NCBI GenBank assembly: GCA_051362555.1
Contig: CM120645.1
Location: 1,488,001-1,552,000 of the forward strand
DNA from: Lingula anatina
Lineage: Eukaryota; Animalia; Brachiopoda
DNA length: 64,000 bases
Direction of reading: 5' to 3'
Shown here: positions 12,397 through 24,988 of the stretch, one piece after another
How the letters are laid out: every line of letters begins with the position of its first letter
How positions within the stretch are numbered: the first letter of the stretch is position 1
Made by a program: the position numbers and the translations under genes
The notes under the pieces: model-generated
The model's database searches: none
Told to the model about the DNA's origin: nothing
Seen by the model: the letters and a program-made list of their open reading frames with translations, nothing else

Positions 12397-14916
12397 CTCT
12401 ATCTCCTACAAGGCCTACAATTAGGTTTGAAAAAAATTTTTTTTCACTCGTGATCCACATATTACATCAAGAGTGTCAAACTATCACGGAATCACAGTAT
12501 ACTTCTCGGTCAGCAACAGAAAACTCTGTTTTCTATGTCACAAAGTACTTGGACAAAATGAAACTTTCTGACAATTTTCTGGGGAACATCCATTACGTAG
12601 TATTAGCCGCGACGCAAAGCCCATTGAGTTACAGTTTAAATATTTATAAAAACATCCTCACGTCATGTATAATTTACCATCAGTGAATTACTACAAAATA
12701 TATCGGAAAGCGGTATGAAAATTAAAATCAATTGACCAGGAACGTTACGTTACCAGAACATACGTTACCATTTAGGGCTCTTTATAATGTAAAAGGGTGG
12801 TAAAATGTAAAAATTAAACTAAAACTGAGACAATCGTAGATTTTTGTTCTTTACACATATATGTTTTTTTAACTGCACTCAATTTTAGTTTTGGGCACTT
12901 CAGCATGTGAAATGCACATATCTTCATTGGGTTTGGGTGTAATTCGAGATGATGACAGGTTTGTGTTGAAAATTGTTATCTATTTAAAACAAATATCCCT
13001 CTTTTGAGGTACGGCACAACCCGACCACTATCTTACATCAATTTAAAATCATTTTTGAAATAAAATTGAAGATAAACGGGAAAGAGGTTAGAAGCAGAAG
13101 CGCGAAAGGAGGTGAAGAATACCGCAAAAAGGGGAATGTGTGCTCTAAAAATGTTTAATTTCATTGCGCTGATATACAGCTATAACTATCCTGCATAAGA
13201 TAAACAGGGATACATAGCATGACCAATTTAGGACATTCACGCGTGTCGACCACCCTGCAGAGAAAAGCAGAAACGGCTGGCTGTTGAAATCTTAATCAAC
13301 TGCTGTGTTCTACTTAAGCCTTTATTACATTTAACACGGGCGCCGTGCGATGAAATTGTCCGTACATTTTTTGTTATCGAAAGGAGCTACGGGCTACACT
13401 GAGCATGTCTACATCACATGGTGTTAAATCTGTACGATTCCGTGCGATTTCGCACGGCCAGTCTACCTCCGCTCAGACACTGTACGAAAAGGCTATTACA
13501 GGCAGTATACGTGCACCGTACGGGAATCGAATTTCAAATGTAGGCCCTAATCTAGGCTTTAGTTATAATCGTATACCTTTGTCGTTTTTTTCTTATCATT
13601 TCTTGGAAAAACTCATACTTCACATAGGCTTGTACCAAAATATAAATGACACTGATATGTCTTTATAATAAAGTCAATCTAAATAGTTAAGTCACTTAAA
13701 AATGGTATGGTTTTAGAAACCATAACTCGAGTCAATCAGCAGTAGACATGATACATCTCCATACATTTATACATCATTTTTTAAACCTGACATTTATTTT
13801 AGTATATTACCTGAACTTATCCGACGTGCTGATGCATCTTGAATCCTGTCATAAATCACCTGAACCATTTCGTGAGTGCCTGTAAACAAAGCACAAATTC
13901 ACAGTTGTTCTCAAACTTAAGTATGAGAATTCAATTGAGGGTTTTAAGAGTTGCGTTTCTTTTTCATCTGCAGCATTACCAGTATGTTGTTAACACTACC
14001 ACTACACTCAGCCTAATAATTCTCTCAAGTTTTTTGGTACAGAAAATGCAAATATATATCAAACTTAAGTATGAAAGTTCAATAGAGAATTCTACGAATA
14101 AAAATTGGAAATTGTTTTTATCTGCAGCCTAATGCTGCTGCCTCTATCATTATATGCACCTTATTCACACCAAGAAAATGTTTGAAATAAAGTTGCTCCT
14201 GAACCAAATTGTGATTCACGAAAGCATTTGTTCATCATTGAATTTTATGTGAGGAAACCTTGTAAAAGAGCCAAGTATTTACCTTTGATCATACCACCAT
14301 ACTCCATCATCCACTCTTTCACTTCTTTCATAGCAGCTTTATAATGCTCAGCGCCAAGAGGTTCTCGCAAGATGGCGTCGTATTCCTCACCACTGTATCT
14401 GCCAGAGAGAGCCAGGAGACTGGACTTGAGACCGGAGAATTTTTCTCGGAAAACATCCAAGCTGATTGCTGTCTCTTTTATATGGGCAAAATCATGATTT
14501 CGATACCTTTTAACTCGACCAATCTCGGCTTCTTTCGATGTATCGCTGTCAGAGGGGTTGTCCCATGCTTTGGACTTAGTCTTCAGTGTTGTGATGTTCC
14601 TCAGCAAAAGCACAGTCAGTGTGATGTCCAAATCACCAACAGTTACTGATGTGGAGGGATTCCCAGAAGGATACAGTTGGTCTTTTTGCTGCTTATTAAA
14701 TACTGGTAATCTATACAGTTTTTTCTTGATATTTCCATAACCAAGCACCCCAAATAACAACCCTGTGTTGGGGTCAAATATATTGGGGTACTTTTTTGTC
14801 AGCTGTTCCTGAAGAACATGTTGCAAGACCGACAGGGCACGATCAACAATTAAAATGCACAAACGGAAAAAATTCTCCTGATCGGAGCCGTTGTATGACT
14901 CTATTGCTGTTGCCAT
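3878..14916 (-). CDS. NLR-family protein, HEPN(DZIP3-like)-NACHT-LRR, whole gene model of about 1187 aa (1222 aa with the optional exon)
   Basis: Exons 14916-14283, 13879-13811, 11033-10923, [10781-10677], 7208-7168, 6586-3878. All introns GT-AG, phases 1,1,1,(1),0 join into one ORF. The ATG lies in an accATGg context after a 3' splice site at 14956. Confidence 0.88.
6945..7085. mobile_element. Degenerate short inverted-repeat element (MITE-like) in an NLR intron
   Basis: tgacagagagtccgc is inverted relative to gcggactttctgtta; the left end is duplicated. Confidence 0.4.
7168..7208 (-). CDS. NLR 41-nt internal exon (phase 1 to 0)
   Basis: tttctttcag|GCGCCAAAC...TGCTATCAG|gtaatg; encodes AKLNTTKPDTCYQ and supplies exactly the phase shift needed to join the NACHT exon. 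Confidence 0.8.
7845..8130. repeat. Two diverged copies (about 150 bp) carrying CCAAGATGGCC, probably a transposon-derived repeat
   Basis: ccaagatggccgccaaaaaccattttgaaattgggcataattcactattttgaaacta versus ccaagatggcccccatctgccattttcaaattgagcattattcaccattttgaaacta, each followed by tt(t/c)ctggtgcagaat. Confidence 0.7.
9409..10482. mobile_element. Non-autonomous PIF/Harbinger-like element (1074 bp)
   Basis: 34-bp TIRs ggccacacttttttatttttatggatgac(a/g)tcct with 1 mismatch; 3-bp TTA target-site duplication at 9406-9408 and 10483-10485. Confidence 0.85.
10677..10781 (-). CDS. NLR duplicated linker exon (optional or pseudo-exon)
   Basis: Paralog of 11033-10923 (GSRSRSSTLSDKYSPAPSTSATGQKSGNSDRRTRR). 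Acceptor intact; the ancestral donor reads GA, but a phase-1 G|gtgaaa donor lies 9 nt upstream. Confidence 0.5.
10923..11033 (-). CDS. NLR linker exon (Ser-rich, basic NLS-like end)
   Basis: ccaaatcag|GTTTGCGA...AAAACAA|gtaaga, 111 nt, phase 1-1; GLRSRSSSQSDSDDSPAPSTSRSGQKTGCPHKKRAKT. Confidence 0.82.
13811..13879 (-). CDS. NLR exon after the HEPN domain
   Basis: tttgtttacag|GCACTCAC...AAGTTCAG|gtaata, 69 nt, phase 1-1; GTHEMVQVIYDRIQDASARRISS. Confidence 0.82.
14283..14916 (-). CDS. NLR first coding exon: DZIP3-like HEPN domain
   Basis: NFFRLCILIVD...QLYP...DLDITLTVLLLRNI...AWDNP..SDTS.EAEIGRVKRYRNHDFAH fits the HEPN_DZIP3 family pattern; donor AAAG|gtaaat at 14283. Confidence 0.9.
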
Positions 14917-15539
14917 GGTTCTGGTATCTGTCACTTCTGTCTTTCCCTGCCTCCTCTGAAATTGAATAGAAAATGGAAATTTTACCCGTCAGTGTGGGTC
15001 AAATTATATCAAAATTGTCAGTATCCAGTGCATCAATTTTTTTAACAAATAAACTTGCACTATGTTAATGTGAAGAGATGGAATACAGCAAATGGAAATA
15101 GAAGCGAGAAACAAAGACGCGTGTCCTAAATAAATGGGGCATAGAATCACAGGCTTGCTGAATGCTGAAACAGAATAAACGCTGGCTGTAAACGTTTAGG
15201 AGCAGGGCGTATGATGAGAATAAAGAGCGATGTAGTTCTTATTAGCATGTGCATTTGTACACTTCGTATACACTTGCCCAAAAAAGTTAAGAAACATCGT
15301 TATTTTTAATGGTTATAAAATAACTGAGCTAAAGCAAATGTTTTAGGCAAATATTGAGGATAATGCAATCCACATTCGTTACCCCAAAAGGATATTCCTT
15401 TTTTATGCATTATTGGACCTTAATGCTTTCAGATCAGTGCTAGGTCCAGTTCTGTGGAAAAATTATTTTTGTTCTGAGACCCTTTAATGCATCGATTATT
15501 CATACCAAGGCACTTTTCTGTCAAAGGCTGCCATATGAT

Positions 15540-15840
15540 GTTGTTGACATTGCGTCATAAAATATTTTTTCAGCGTTAATTTTTCATCTGATATTCTCAA
15601 TATTGTTCCCTTTGACTGATATATCCGAGCCACCAGAGCCTTGCTATCAAGTGTTAGTACCGTTCATATTGAGTTCTATAGTTTTAAGCGATATTCACAG
15701 AACAATGGCATTCTATTGTTAGTTGACCCAATGCGAACTTGCTCTATCGACCAGGAAAATCATACAACGGTATTGAGATTATGCGCTTTGAAAGACCTTT
15801 TGTGTGGCTGCTAACGTGCTCAACACGGGCTGATGTTTTG
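15540..15840. repeat. Old dispersed duplication, copy 1 (copy 2 at about 18440-18780)
   Basis: Collinear blocks tgttgacat, gcgtcataaaatattttt, gttgaccca.....gaactt and cggtattga.atta.gcg.tttga occur in both regions. Confidence 0.65.
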
Positions 15841-16279
15841 TACACGCGATTCAGGTGAGAAAACAAAATGCTTCATGGGAGCTAAGATTGGTTAGTTGAT
15901 CCCCATCTGAGCGAGTTTCTACAAATTGGATTAAATTATTTCAGCTTTTTTTTTATAAAATAGAGCAGTTATAGAAAATACTACAATACTCAGATAAGTT
16001 CCGAACCACAAAAAAAGTGGTAATATGTTTAACCGCAGTTGTATCTGGCATAACAGGGCAAGGAATCGAGTCTAAAGAATATGGTCTAATTTATTGTAAA
16101 ATTGACATTTGTTATCAGGAAAAAATAGAAAACGCAACTTAATGCATCTCGATCGTGTCAATGAATTGTTCTTTGTCAGAGAAGAATTTAATCACTTGTG
16201 TTATATTATGAGAATAAAGTAAAAAATTCTTCATTTTACAGCCAATATCGACAAGTAATATTACCTCCAATATTTTCAT

Positions 16280-17110
16280 AGCTGACATAAATCGTAAACC
16301 CTCCAACACAGACCAATACCTATATAGAGAGTCATACCACCCTGCTTATCAAAAATGGGGATTGTAAGGACGCTCATGTATCATGTAAAGGTGAGACATT
16401 GGTGAAGGACAAAAACACCAAGGCGATTGAAAAAGATAAAGTAAAAAGAGGTCTGGGAAACTGTGATTATACGTAATTGGCACTAAGGGAAGGTAAAAAG
16501 ACGGACAAGGGACAAAAACAGAGAAGTAACCAACCGAATGCACGTAACAATGAAGAAAGATATTAAATTAAAAAAGAACAGTGCATTGTGGTATACTCCA
16601 TCGGGAGTGTCTAAACGCTAGCAGCGGATTTTGCACAAGTACAACATCAACATGAATAACAAGGCAGGTGTGCAGTCGTGGGCCCAAAGACACCTAATAC
16701 TGGAACAAAAATGTGAGGTAGTCTATTAAGTGGAATGTGAAAGATTTGGTGAGATAAACATACATGTGTGTGGAACTCAGAGGCTGAGAGATAGCAGAAC
16801 ACCAAAAAATCAGTCAACAAAAGAGACAGCAAGTTAACGATGAGCCAACATTGGAAATAATCTGCAAAAAATCAGATTATTGACAAAATCAAGGTATTGA
16901 CAGTGAAAACACAACAGAAAGCCTGGAAGCCATACACATCAAGAAGACAGGGACTAGACTCAACAGAAATGATGTGACCATCCTCCCGGACCTTTTTATT
17001 TGCCTTTTATTAAATAATATAATAAACTTCTGGATAAGGTTATTCACCTGCAGGGCCCATTCCCTAATGAAAATGCTCTAAAGACATCGAAATATTGCAG
17101 GTAACATCAC
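16280..17110 (+). mobile_element. 5'-truncated, decayed Penelope-like retroelement (RT thumb plus GIY-YIG endonuclease)
   Basis: Translated fragments in the expected order: RKPSNTDQYLYRESYHP (16293), GVSKR*QRILHKYNI (about 16603), EVVY*VEC (about 16713), LEAIHIKKTGTRLNRND (16923); interrupted by stops and frameshifts. Confidence 0.85.
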
Positions 17111-18439
17111 TTGTCATTATGAGCTACTGACTGAAGACAAATCACTTTATGCTTTGTCCTTGGTGTTTTCAAATGAAGGACTAAAACAGATCTTTCTTGT
17201 ACTATTATTTTTTCATTATTAATTTATTAGTGTCAGTAGTAGCGGTATATGAAAAGTTTATTTAGTGTAAGATGTCTCCATCTCATTTACCATTTCAAAT
17301 TAGACTTACCACGTGGTACTAAATAAAGCAAAAGTTCGTGTTGTTTCGGGTTAAGACAAAGCTGGACATAATCGGAAACAGACACAGCTAAGAAGATAAT
17401 AATCACAAGGGTTAGAGAATTCATCTTGTTATAACACGCTGAAGTGGTGTAATTTTTTATTTCTTATTACGGTGAATGCAAATTCCCGTGATATTTGAAT
17501 CATTGAAGCATATTTTTCCAATGTTTCTATTGCATGTGATATTGCATTTGATCACACAATTTAAGATGAGAAGACGAAGTATTGCCAAAGAGCAATTCAC
17601 ACTGACGCCATAGGTTTATGAGTCAGAGGCATTCAAACCAATTCGCTTTAGAGGGAGTTTGCTCTATTGAAACTTCCTTTGACTACCAAATTATGGGTGT
17701 CGTACTGTAGATGCGAACCATTTCAGAACCCGAGAGAAAGAAAAAGGTATTACATTTCTGTAGAGTAGTCTTTTTGTTGCAGTCCCATTTTTGGTTTAAA
17801 ATGTAGATAACACTTATTTTCCCTAGATAACCAATGAAGCATCATTTCAGGATCATAATAAAACGACCTGCCTCAGACCAGTTATAAATCTCAAAACCGT
17901 GTTGTCTAGTTCTGTTGGGTCGGAGATGCAAAAAAAGTTATGATTATTACAACATAAATAATTTACTTACAGAGAGTATAAAAGGGGGGGGGAAAGATTA
18001 CTAGATAGGAATCTTAATATTTTGAGCCAAGGTACTGAGTATATGTAGGAACTGCTTTTCTACGTTGGCTTCAAATAAATTGAAACTTACAATGTTTACA
18101 ATGTTTACAATGTTTGTTTTGAAAAAAATTAGTATTATAGATGCATTAGTAGGTCTCATCTTAGATATAAGATATAAGCCTCATACTGTACCTTTAAAAC
18201 TTCAAACGTTTAGCGGCCGATTTCACACCCAATTCTCGAAAAAGCTTCATCAAGTCAAGATCGTCTGTATTCCGCAGATAAAACCAAAGTTTGCAGGCTT
18301 CCAAGTACAGTTCACATGCTAAAGTCAAGTCATATTTTCCATTAAGTCTTGAAAATGACGTTTGTCCTTGAATTCCGTCAAAATTTTGCCCAGGTAAGGT
18401 GTATAAGATGGCGCCCGTTGAAAATCGTCAGGTGATTTT

Positions 18440-18780
18440 GTTGACATAAAAAGTGCTGCGTCATAAAATATTTTTTAGTTTCGCACCCTCCGTGTATATT
18501 TCAAAAAGAGATTCCTTTGATCCAGTATTATGTGCTATCTCTACCTTAGCATCAAGATATTATGTCATAAACACTTATCTGTTCATTACTAGCATTTCAG
18601 TTATCAAACTTTGCTGATTTCGATCGATGTTTGCCTTATAATAACACGGTATTGCTAGGTTGACCCAGAGTGAACTTATTCAATTGAATCGTTTGAATGA
18701 AAAGCATGCAGCGGTATTGATATTACGCGTTTTGACAATAGCACCTTTCTGGGGTTGCTGCTGTACTTGACACAGGGACA
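18440..18780. repeat. Old dispersed duplication, copy 2
   Basis: Same collinear blocks as 15540-15840. Confidence 0.65.
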
Positions 18781-20231
18781 TAAACCAAGGCGTGGGATAC
18801 ATGAGTGTGAAATAGTATGTGTCTGAAAGAACTCTTCATAAAATATATTTCAACGAGTTTGTATTAATGAATTGGAGTTGAATTAATTTCTCCTGGCTAA
18901 GACACTGGTTGCGCAGGAGGTTATCGATTTGCTGTGATAAGTAGTGCTGCGCATGCGCCATTTAAGGCTGTATTTTTAAGCGCTCAGACAGGAACGTCCT
19001 GTACACCTGAATCTTTAAAAACTCTATATATATTTGTGAAAGAAAAATTGGTCAAAGTAAAATGACAGAATAGTTAGATGAGGCCCACCTTTACCCCATA
19101 TGCTGCCCCGCCCAACCTCCATCCCGTTCAATTCGCTAAATGTGAAAGTGCGTTCACAGCTCTAAAGAGAAATGGTTTGTAAAAGAAAGACAACATAAGA
19201 TAGCGTAGTGATTATTTTATTTCATACATAAACTCTTATTTTGAAAATAAATATTAAAATTGCGTGTTTTGTACAAGCGATGTAACAATATATTACTGTA
19301 GAATGTTACAAATGATCGTCACGCTATTATTCAAGTTTAATGTTCGCCACATTTCCGCACTCGAACGAACGTCACTGCTCCGTGCTGCATGAAACGTGAT
19401 ATCCCATAGTTCATAGCACCATGTCTTTTGTCACAACGAGCGCCAAAACCAGATGGAGGAGAAAACTGTCATATGAAAGCTGTGCGGTACCTGAAATAAT
19501 TGAAATATCTAATTTTAACCCACGGTAAATAAACTTCTTGTCAGACAAGCCATTACTTTGACTTATACCTGATATTAACGAAACGTTTTTAGGGTTTTAG
19601 AAACAAATCTGTATAGTAGCTACTCGCTCATATTTTCCTTTTATTTAAAAGATACAATCAACATCAAAACGTTTTACTCATTTCGACCAATACTGCAAAC
19701 GGGTGTGAGTTAGACCAGACAATTAACCTAATTACATTGACTGCGCCTTAAGCGTGAATCCCCGATGAGATAGATAGATCCTGCTGGTACGATAACTTCT
19801 ATTCTGGGAAAAGGCTTAAGTTTACTTTAGCGCGGAATTAAAATGTCCGATAAATCGACTCTTACTCAGCCAAAGTTTCAGAGAACACTGAAACCCCCAC
19901 TGCCTATATACCAGCATGCGCTGCTATTCCAATATCTAGAATATAAGCAGATGCTGGACTGAAACTGAGGGATGTACTCTGATATATTGTAGTAGAGAGG
20001 TATCACAGGTCCACAGAGTTAAGTTCAGTCCTAGATATTCACAGATATTTCTCTGGCTACTAGTACTTTGAGCACACTACTGTACTGTACAGCGTTGGAT
20101 TTTGCATACAAAAGTGTAATGTCATCACCCAGTCGGTTCCCGTTCAGTTGTCAGTGTCCACTGAAATGCAAGGACCTCCTGCTTGACATACGTGATTATG
20201 TACAATGGATTTTGCATTAAAAGATATCTAA

Positions 20232-20464
20232 GGTTCTGCTCACAACTAAATTGGTCACCGGACTAACTGAGCCTCGGATCAAATATGGCGCGATCCACTT
20301 TAACGCTTGCTGAGATTTACATGTACAGGTAATTGCTCTGACCTGCAGGGACGATGCAAGTGGGAGAAGGGGGATTCATTAGAGGATTTTGCGGCATATT
20401 TTCATGTGCGCGCCATATTTGATCCGCAGTTAGTCCGTGTATGAACTTGGTTTTGAACAGAGCC
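20232..20464. mobile_element. Foldback MITE, Harbinger-like
   Basis: Imperfect TIRs of about 60 bp (ggttctgctcacaac...cggactaactg...ggatcaaatatggcgcg and its inverse), flanked by TAA and TTA. Confidence 0.7.
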
Positions 20465-22569
20465 TTACAAGACGAACCTCATGCTCTGCACTGTGTTTTG
20501 TGGCCGCCCCACTCTCCACCAATCAGACACCGCCTTACTGCATTCGGAACTCCTCGACAATTTCCGGCTATCTTCCGAACGCCTTGAAACTACTACGCAG
20601 GATTCAATCGACGGTGAGCCGAGTGCGCCTTACTGAGGAGCCCACCAACGTGCGACCTTCATCACATCTGAAGGTCACCTCATTGCCTGCGAAATAACCT
20701 GCTGTCCGGAGATTCCGAGCTGCGCGTGCACATTGACTGAAGCGACGGCCATTTCCGCACTACTTTCAGCAAAATCGAGTGAAAATGGACGACTTTTGAT
20801 CTCTTCTTGTTTTCATGTGTATTTTTGTGAACTGTTGATGTGATTAAACGATATGTATATAAAAGGAAGCGGGAATGTCTAGGGATTCGGAATTTTAAGG
20901 TTAGTTGTCATAAAAAATAGATTTAGAACTGTAAAATGGGAGATTTATCCACGCGGGTGATTGCAAATGGAGCCCCGTTTCAGGTGTCCGCAATTTTCTA
21001 TTTAAAGATTTCTGTAAGAATTTGAAATCTCACAATTTTTTAAAAACTAAATCATGAAAGCCAATTAAGCTGGGTTTCTGGCAGTATATATGTTTTGTAA
21101 ATTCAACTTTGTCCATTTTTTTTTAGCGCGAGGTGAAATCGACGCCAAGCACTTGCATTTCTGAAGCGTGTCACACTAGTGCGTTTCAACTATTACAAAA
21201 TTGCTACAATGTTTATTTCACCAGCGTTTTACATATATTCTAAAAGCTAAACAAGTGGGCTTCGTGTTGATATTAAATATATGTTGCGTTCGGGTCCCAA
21301 CTGGCTGGCAAAGTGTTAATAATCCCGTGAAGTCGGTGTAAAAGTTGGCAAAACCGATTATTTCAAGTGCAGTAGGTTACTGTGATTATGTATCGCAGAA
21401 AACGCAAAATATTTTCAAACAATTATATCTTGCAGAAAGACGAGATCATAAAATTTCAAATGCTATATCATAAGGTATGTCTCCTACAATTTTTACCCAT
21501 TTTGTGTGGGGAAATAAGTGAATCTCCAAAACGACGACAAAAATGGAACCCCATTTTCGTCATACTTTATAGCGTCACGTGACCAACCTGAAGCACTGAC
21601 CCGACTTAGAAAGACTACAAGTTTTCTTAAATATTCTGAATATCAGAGCAAACAGATAACAATGAAAATAAAAATACGAACAAGGACTGTACATCAAACA
21701 TCAGATTTATTCCAAGAGTTATATGCTTCATTCTGAAAACATCAAAAATGGTATAGTTATGATCCACCCCACAAGAAATCCAGTGTGAATTTTGACTAAT
21801 ATAGGAAGATATTGCTAGATCTAGTAATAAATAAACACGATTTTTTATTTGGATATATATTTACTGTACAATGAAGTACTGGCCTATGGCCAGGTTGTAC
21901 TTTTTAAAGCCTGAAAGGGTTTTGATAATAAAAAAAATCATTCAACACCAGTTTATTCATTATATTAAGATCTGCACTAATGCCTTGTTCTCTTATTTTA
22001 CTGCTCAAGATTTATTTCTATGTACTAGTACTATTTTTGTCTCTTACATATTCAACTATTTAAAATGAGGCCCTTCCAATTATGATTTGAAAAAATCCCT
22101 AATCTACTTAAATTTACATGAAAAATATTAAAATCTGAGTAATAAACAAAACTAAGTAAACTTGTCCTTAAAACACTGTTCCTGGGAAATGTTCATTCAG
22201 CCTCATGAATATGCACTGAACTTTTTCAAAGTTTGCCTTTTAAATCAAAGCAGTTAATAAGGCTGCAATAAACTCTTTGGCAAACTTGATCTGTCTATTC
22301 TGGGGGCAGGAGAAGCACCTGCCCCATCAAGTTATGCTTTAGCCAAAACTGACATACAAATAAGATCCTCCCCAGCTGAAAATTCTTAAATATAATTTGT
22401 AATTAAATACATATCAAAGTAAAATGCATAAAAAATGAAAAAAAAAAACTTCAGTATTGTATACGAGTATGTTTCAATTTTTTATTTCCCTAGAATCTTC
22501 AATGGTCAGGTCATTTACCTGGATATGACAATCAGAAAACTAAACCAATTTTCAAGTTCAAAATTGTGC

Positions 22570-23106
22570 TGTTTTCCCTGCCACCCAGTGGTTGATAGAT
22601 TCCTTGACTAAATGATCATCAAAACTTGGCCCCTTAAAACTGCCGTCAAAAATTTGTTAACTTAAGCATAATATTCCCCAAACTTGACCTCCAGTCAGAT
22701 TTGATTCTTTTGAGAGCACTGTATCCTCTCTCCACCTGAGAAGTAGACAGGCTGAACAAGGCAATTTCAGTTAGCATTATTGTATGTATTCTAAACTTTG
22801 TCTGGTCTCCTAGCCTTGAAACAAATTGGTACACGTCTTTTTTTTTTTTTAATTCACTATAAACCTGCCACCTATGTACTCTTTAAAGGCAGGCCACTCT
22901 CAATGGAAGTCTTTTGGGTCAAAGCCCATCCTGTTTAATACTGGAAGAAAATAATGTTCCAGAACTTGTCTGCTATGAGAAAGGTTTCTAGGGTAAATAA
23001 TATCCAAGACTCTACAAAACACCATCTCTTGTTCAGTCACACCTGCATCAACAGCACCATCACACAAAATTGTGTGGAAATCAATTTTGTAAATTGTAAC
23101 ATTCAC
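22570..23106 (-). pseudogene. Decayed, internally deleted hAT transposase (ZNF862/KIAA1586-like)
   Basis: ILCDGAVDAGVTEQEMVFCR resembles the first catalytic-Asp block. STSQVERGYSALKRIKSDWRSSL is the hATC dimerisation motif, followed by GPSFDD...INHW in another frame. Confidence 0.8.
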
Positions 23107-23194
23107 TAGTACTGAACGTCAACAAGTGCATCTGAACTACATGTGTGCGAAGGGAGGTTACTCCAAAATCATTTCTATACATTTCGGCGCTTAT

Positions 23195-23863
23195 CACCCT
23201 GAGCTTCAGAGATAACTTGACACTTACCTCTTCACAATAACCTATCTTCATCGTGTCAAGTTACCTCTGACCACATTCGATTGCTCCCGCCGCCCGCCAA
23301 TCAAATTTAAATCCCGCACTCAATAACTCATTGAACGATCTAGCCAATGAACGCGAACGAGTCAAAGCGCGCTTTGTTCAAAGCCGGACCAATCAAAGAT
23401 AAGGCTGAATATCAGGGACTTGCCGTAACCTGTGGGCAGCACGCAAAATACATCATCCCTCATTAGATAATGATGCAGGGCCTCAAACTGCTCTGGTTTT
23501 AATTCCGATGTACTCATATTTTGCAAAGAATCAAGAGATAACTTAACACATTATTTTACGTAGTCACTCGTAGGAGACGCCATGCTTTCTTTGTGTACGG
23601 TTATGCACTCGGAACTACTCGGATGTCTCCGCACTCGCCAATAACTTTGTTGTTAGTATGGAGCTTGCGGAATCAGCCGAGGATTACCGATTGACGGTCA
23701 ACCAATCAGCGTTTTCACCAAACTTTGGTGAAAATTTTTGAAACTTGGATTCGATTGGCTTATATAAACTAGGTCAAACTATTTTCGTCAGAGGTAACTT
23801 GACACGATGAAGATAGGCTATTGTGAAGAGGTAAGTGTCAAGTTATCTCTGAAGCTCAGGGTG
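23195..23863. mobile_element. Non-autonomous TIR element with 8-bp TSD (hAT- or P-like), 669 bp
   Basis: 77-bp TIRs (23195-23271, 23787-23863; 1 mismatch) starting CACCCTGAGCTTCAGAG; TSD gcgcttat at 23187-23194 and 23864-23871. Confidence 0.93.
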
Positions 23864-24988
23864 GCGCTTATATGAAACATAGTGAATTAAAAAAAAAAGA
23901 CTCATCTTTTAGTCGGACCCAAACCCAAAGCTATGTAACTTGAAAGGCAGATTTTTTCCATTCTAAAACCATATAGCCTACACTGTATGTTATGGTTGAT
24001 CTCCAGCACCGATGTCTTTTTTTCACGTATTATTTGCCATTACAACTCTCACTATGACAGTGACACATTGTATACTATTAATATACACTTGAAAAGCTGA
24101 ACATTCAATTTTTTTCAACCGAAATGCAAGATTTACCGAGAAATGCTCAGTGCAACGTGACAGTCCCAGTTTCGACTGACCCACATAGTTCGCACTAAAA
24201 TAGGGATTTCACAAAAAAGGACGGTTGTACAAATTTTTTATTCTTTTTGGCTCAATTCCGGCATATATAGTTGCATAAATCGTTATAATATCAATAAAGT
24301 AAGTTTGTCCATTTTTTCTACAATCATTTCATTTTAGGGTACAAAATTACACGATCTGCTTGAGAAAAATGCGTATGCTATTTTTAGACAACTGATACAA
24401 GGCTTTCGTCGAAATTGAAATGTTCATTTTACATTGTGCGTTTACATCAAGTTCTAAATTTTATTTTTTGAAAGTTTCAAGAGGAATAATGAGTTATTCA
24501 CAGAGCTTCATGGATTTATATAACAACTACGGGTTTTTGAAAACATGGCGCGAAACACACGTCGCGGACTATTTTGTACAAGCGCGTAGGTGTTTTTGTA
24601 ATGATCACCGCTTACGCATTGATATGCCAGATCTGCGGACAGACTGGCTGTTGTCGTCTATCTACCCTGGAAAATGAAAAAAAAAATGACGTCGTCGCTC
24701 ATTTCTTTCATGACAATTTATTTTTTTACACAGCTGCCGGAAAGCAGGAATTGAAGTTTTATTTCTTTTGACCAGCAACGTCCTGGGTGATAATGCGTTG
24801 CGTTAAAATTCATTTTTGTGTTTATCTACCATGCATTCATCTTCTTTGCCCTTTTTAATGGGCTTAGTTTTATATCCTCGGCCAAAAGGCATGCCAATGT
24901 CTCCGGAATTACATGTATATGACCATTTAACTTTTACATTTCAAAGAGTAATTTGACATTCCCCTTCACTGCCGTGAACCCGACCTAC

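Noticed and set aside
11583-12686. 139-aa and 129-aa ORFs in the NLR intron
   Set aside because: No motifs, driven partly by poly-T, and not needed for the phase-consistent gene model.
17045-17105. Penelope-type hammerhead ribozyme (ctaatga...cgaaatattg)
   Set aside because: The position fits, but the core reads CTAATGA rather than CTGATGA and stem I does not pair convincingly; at most a dead relic. An Infernal search would settle it.
20437-21740. CpG-richer region with short ORFs as a possible gene
   Set aside because: No recognisable domain or consistent exon chain; probably unclassified transposon or promoter sequence that I cannot resolve.
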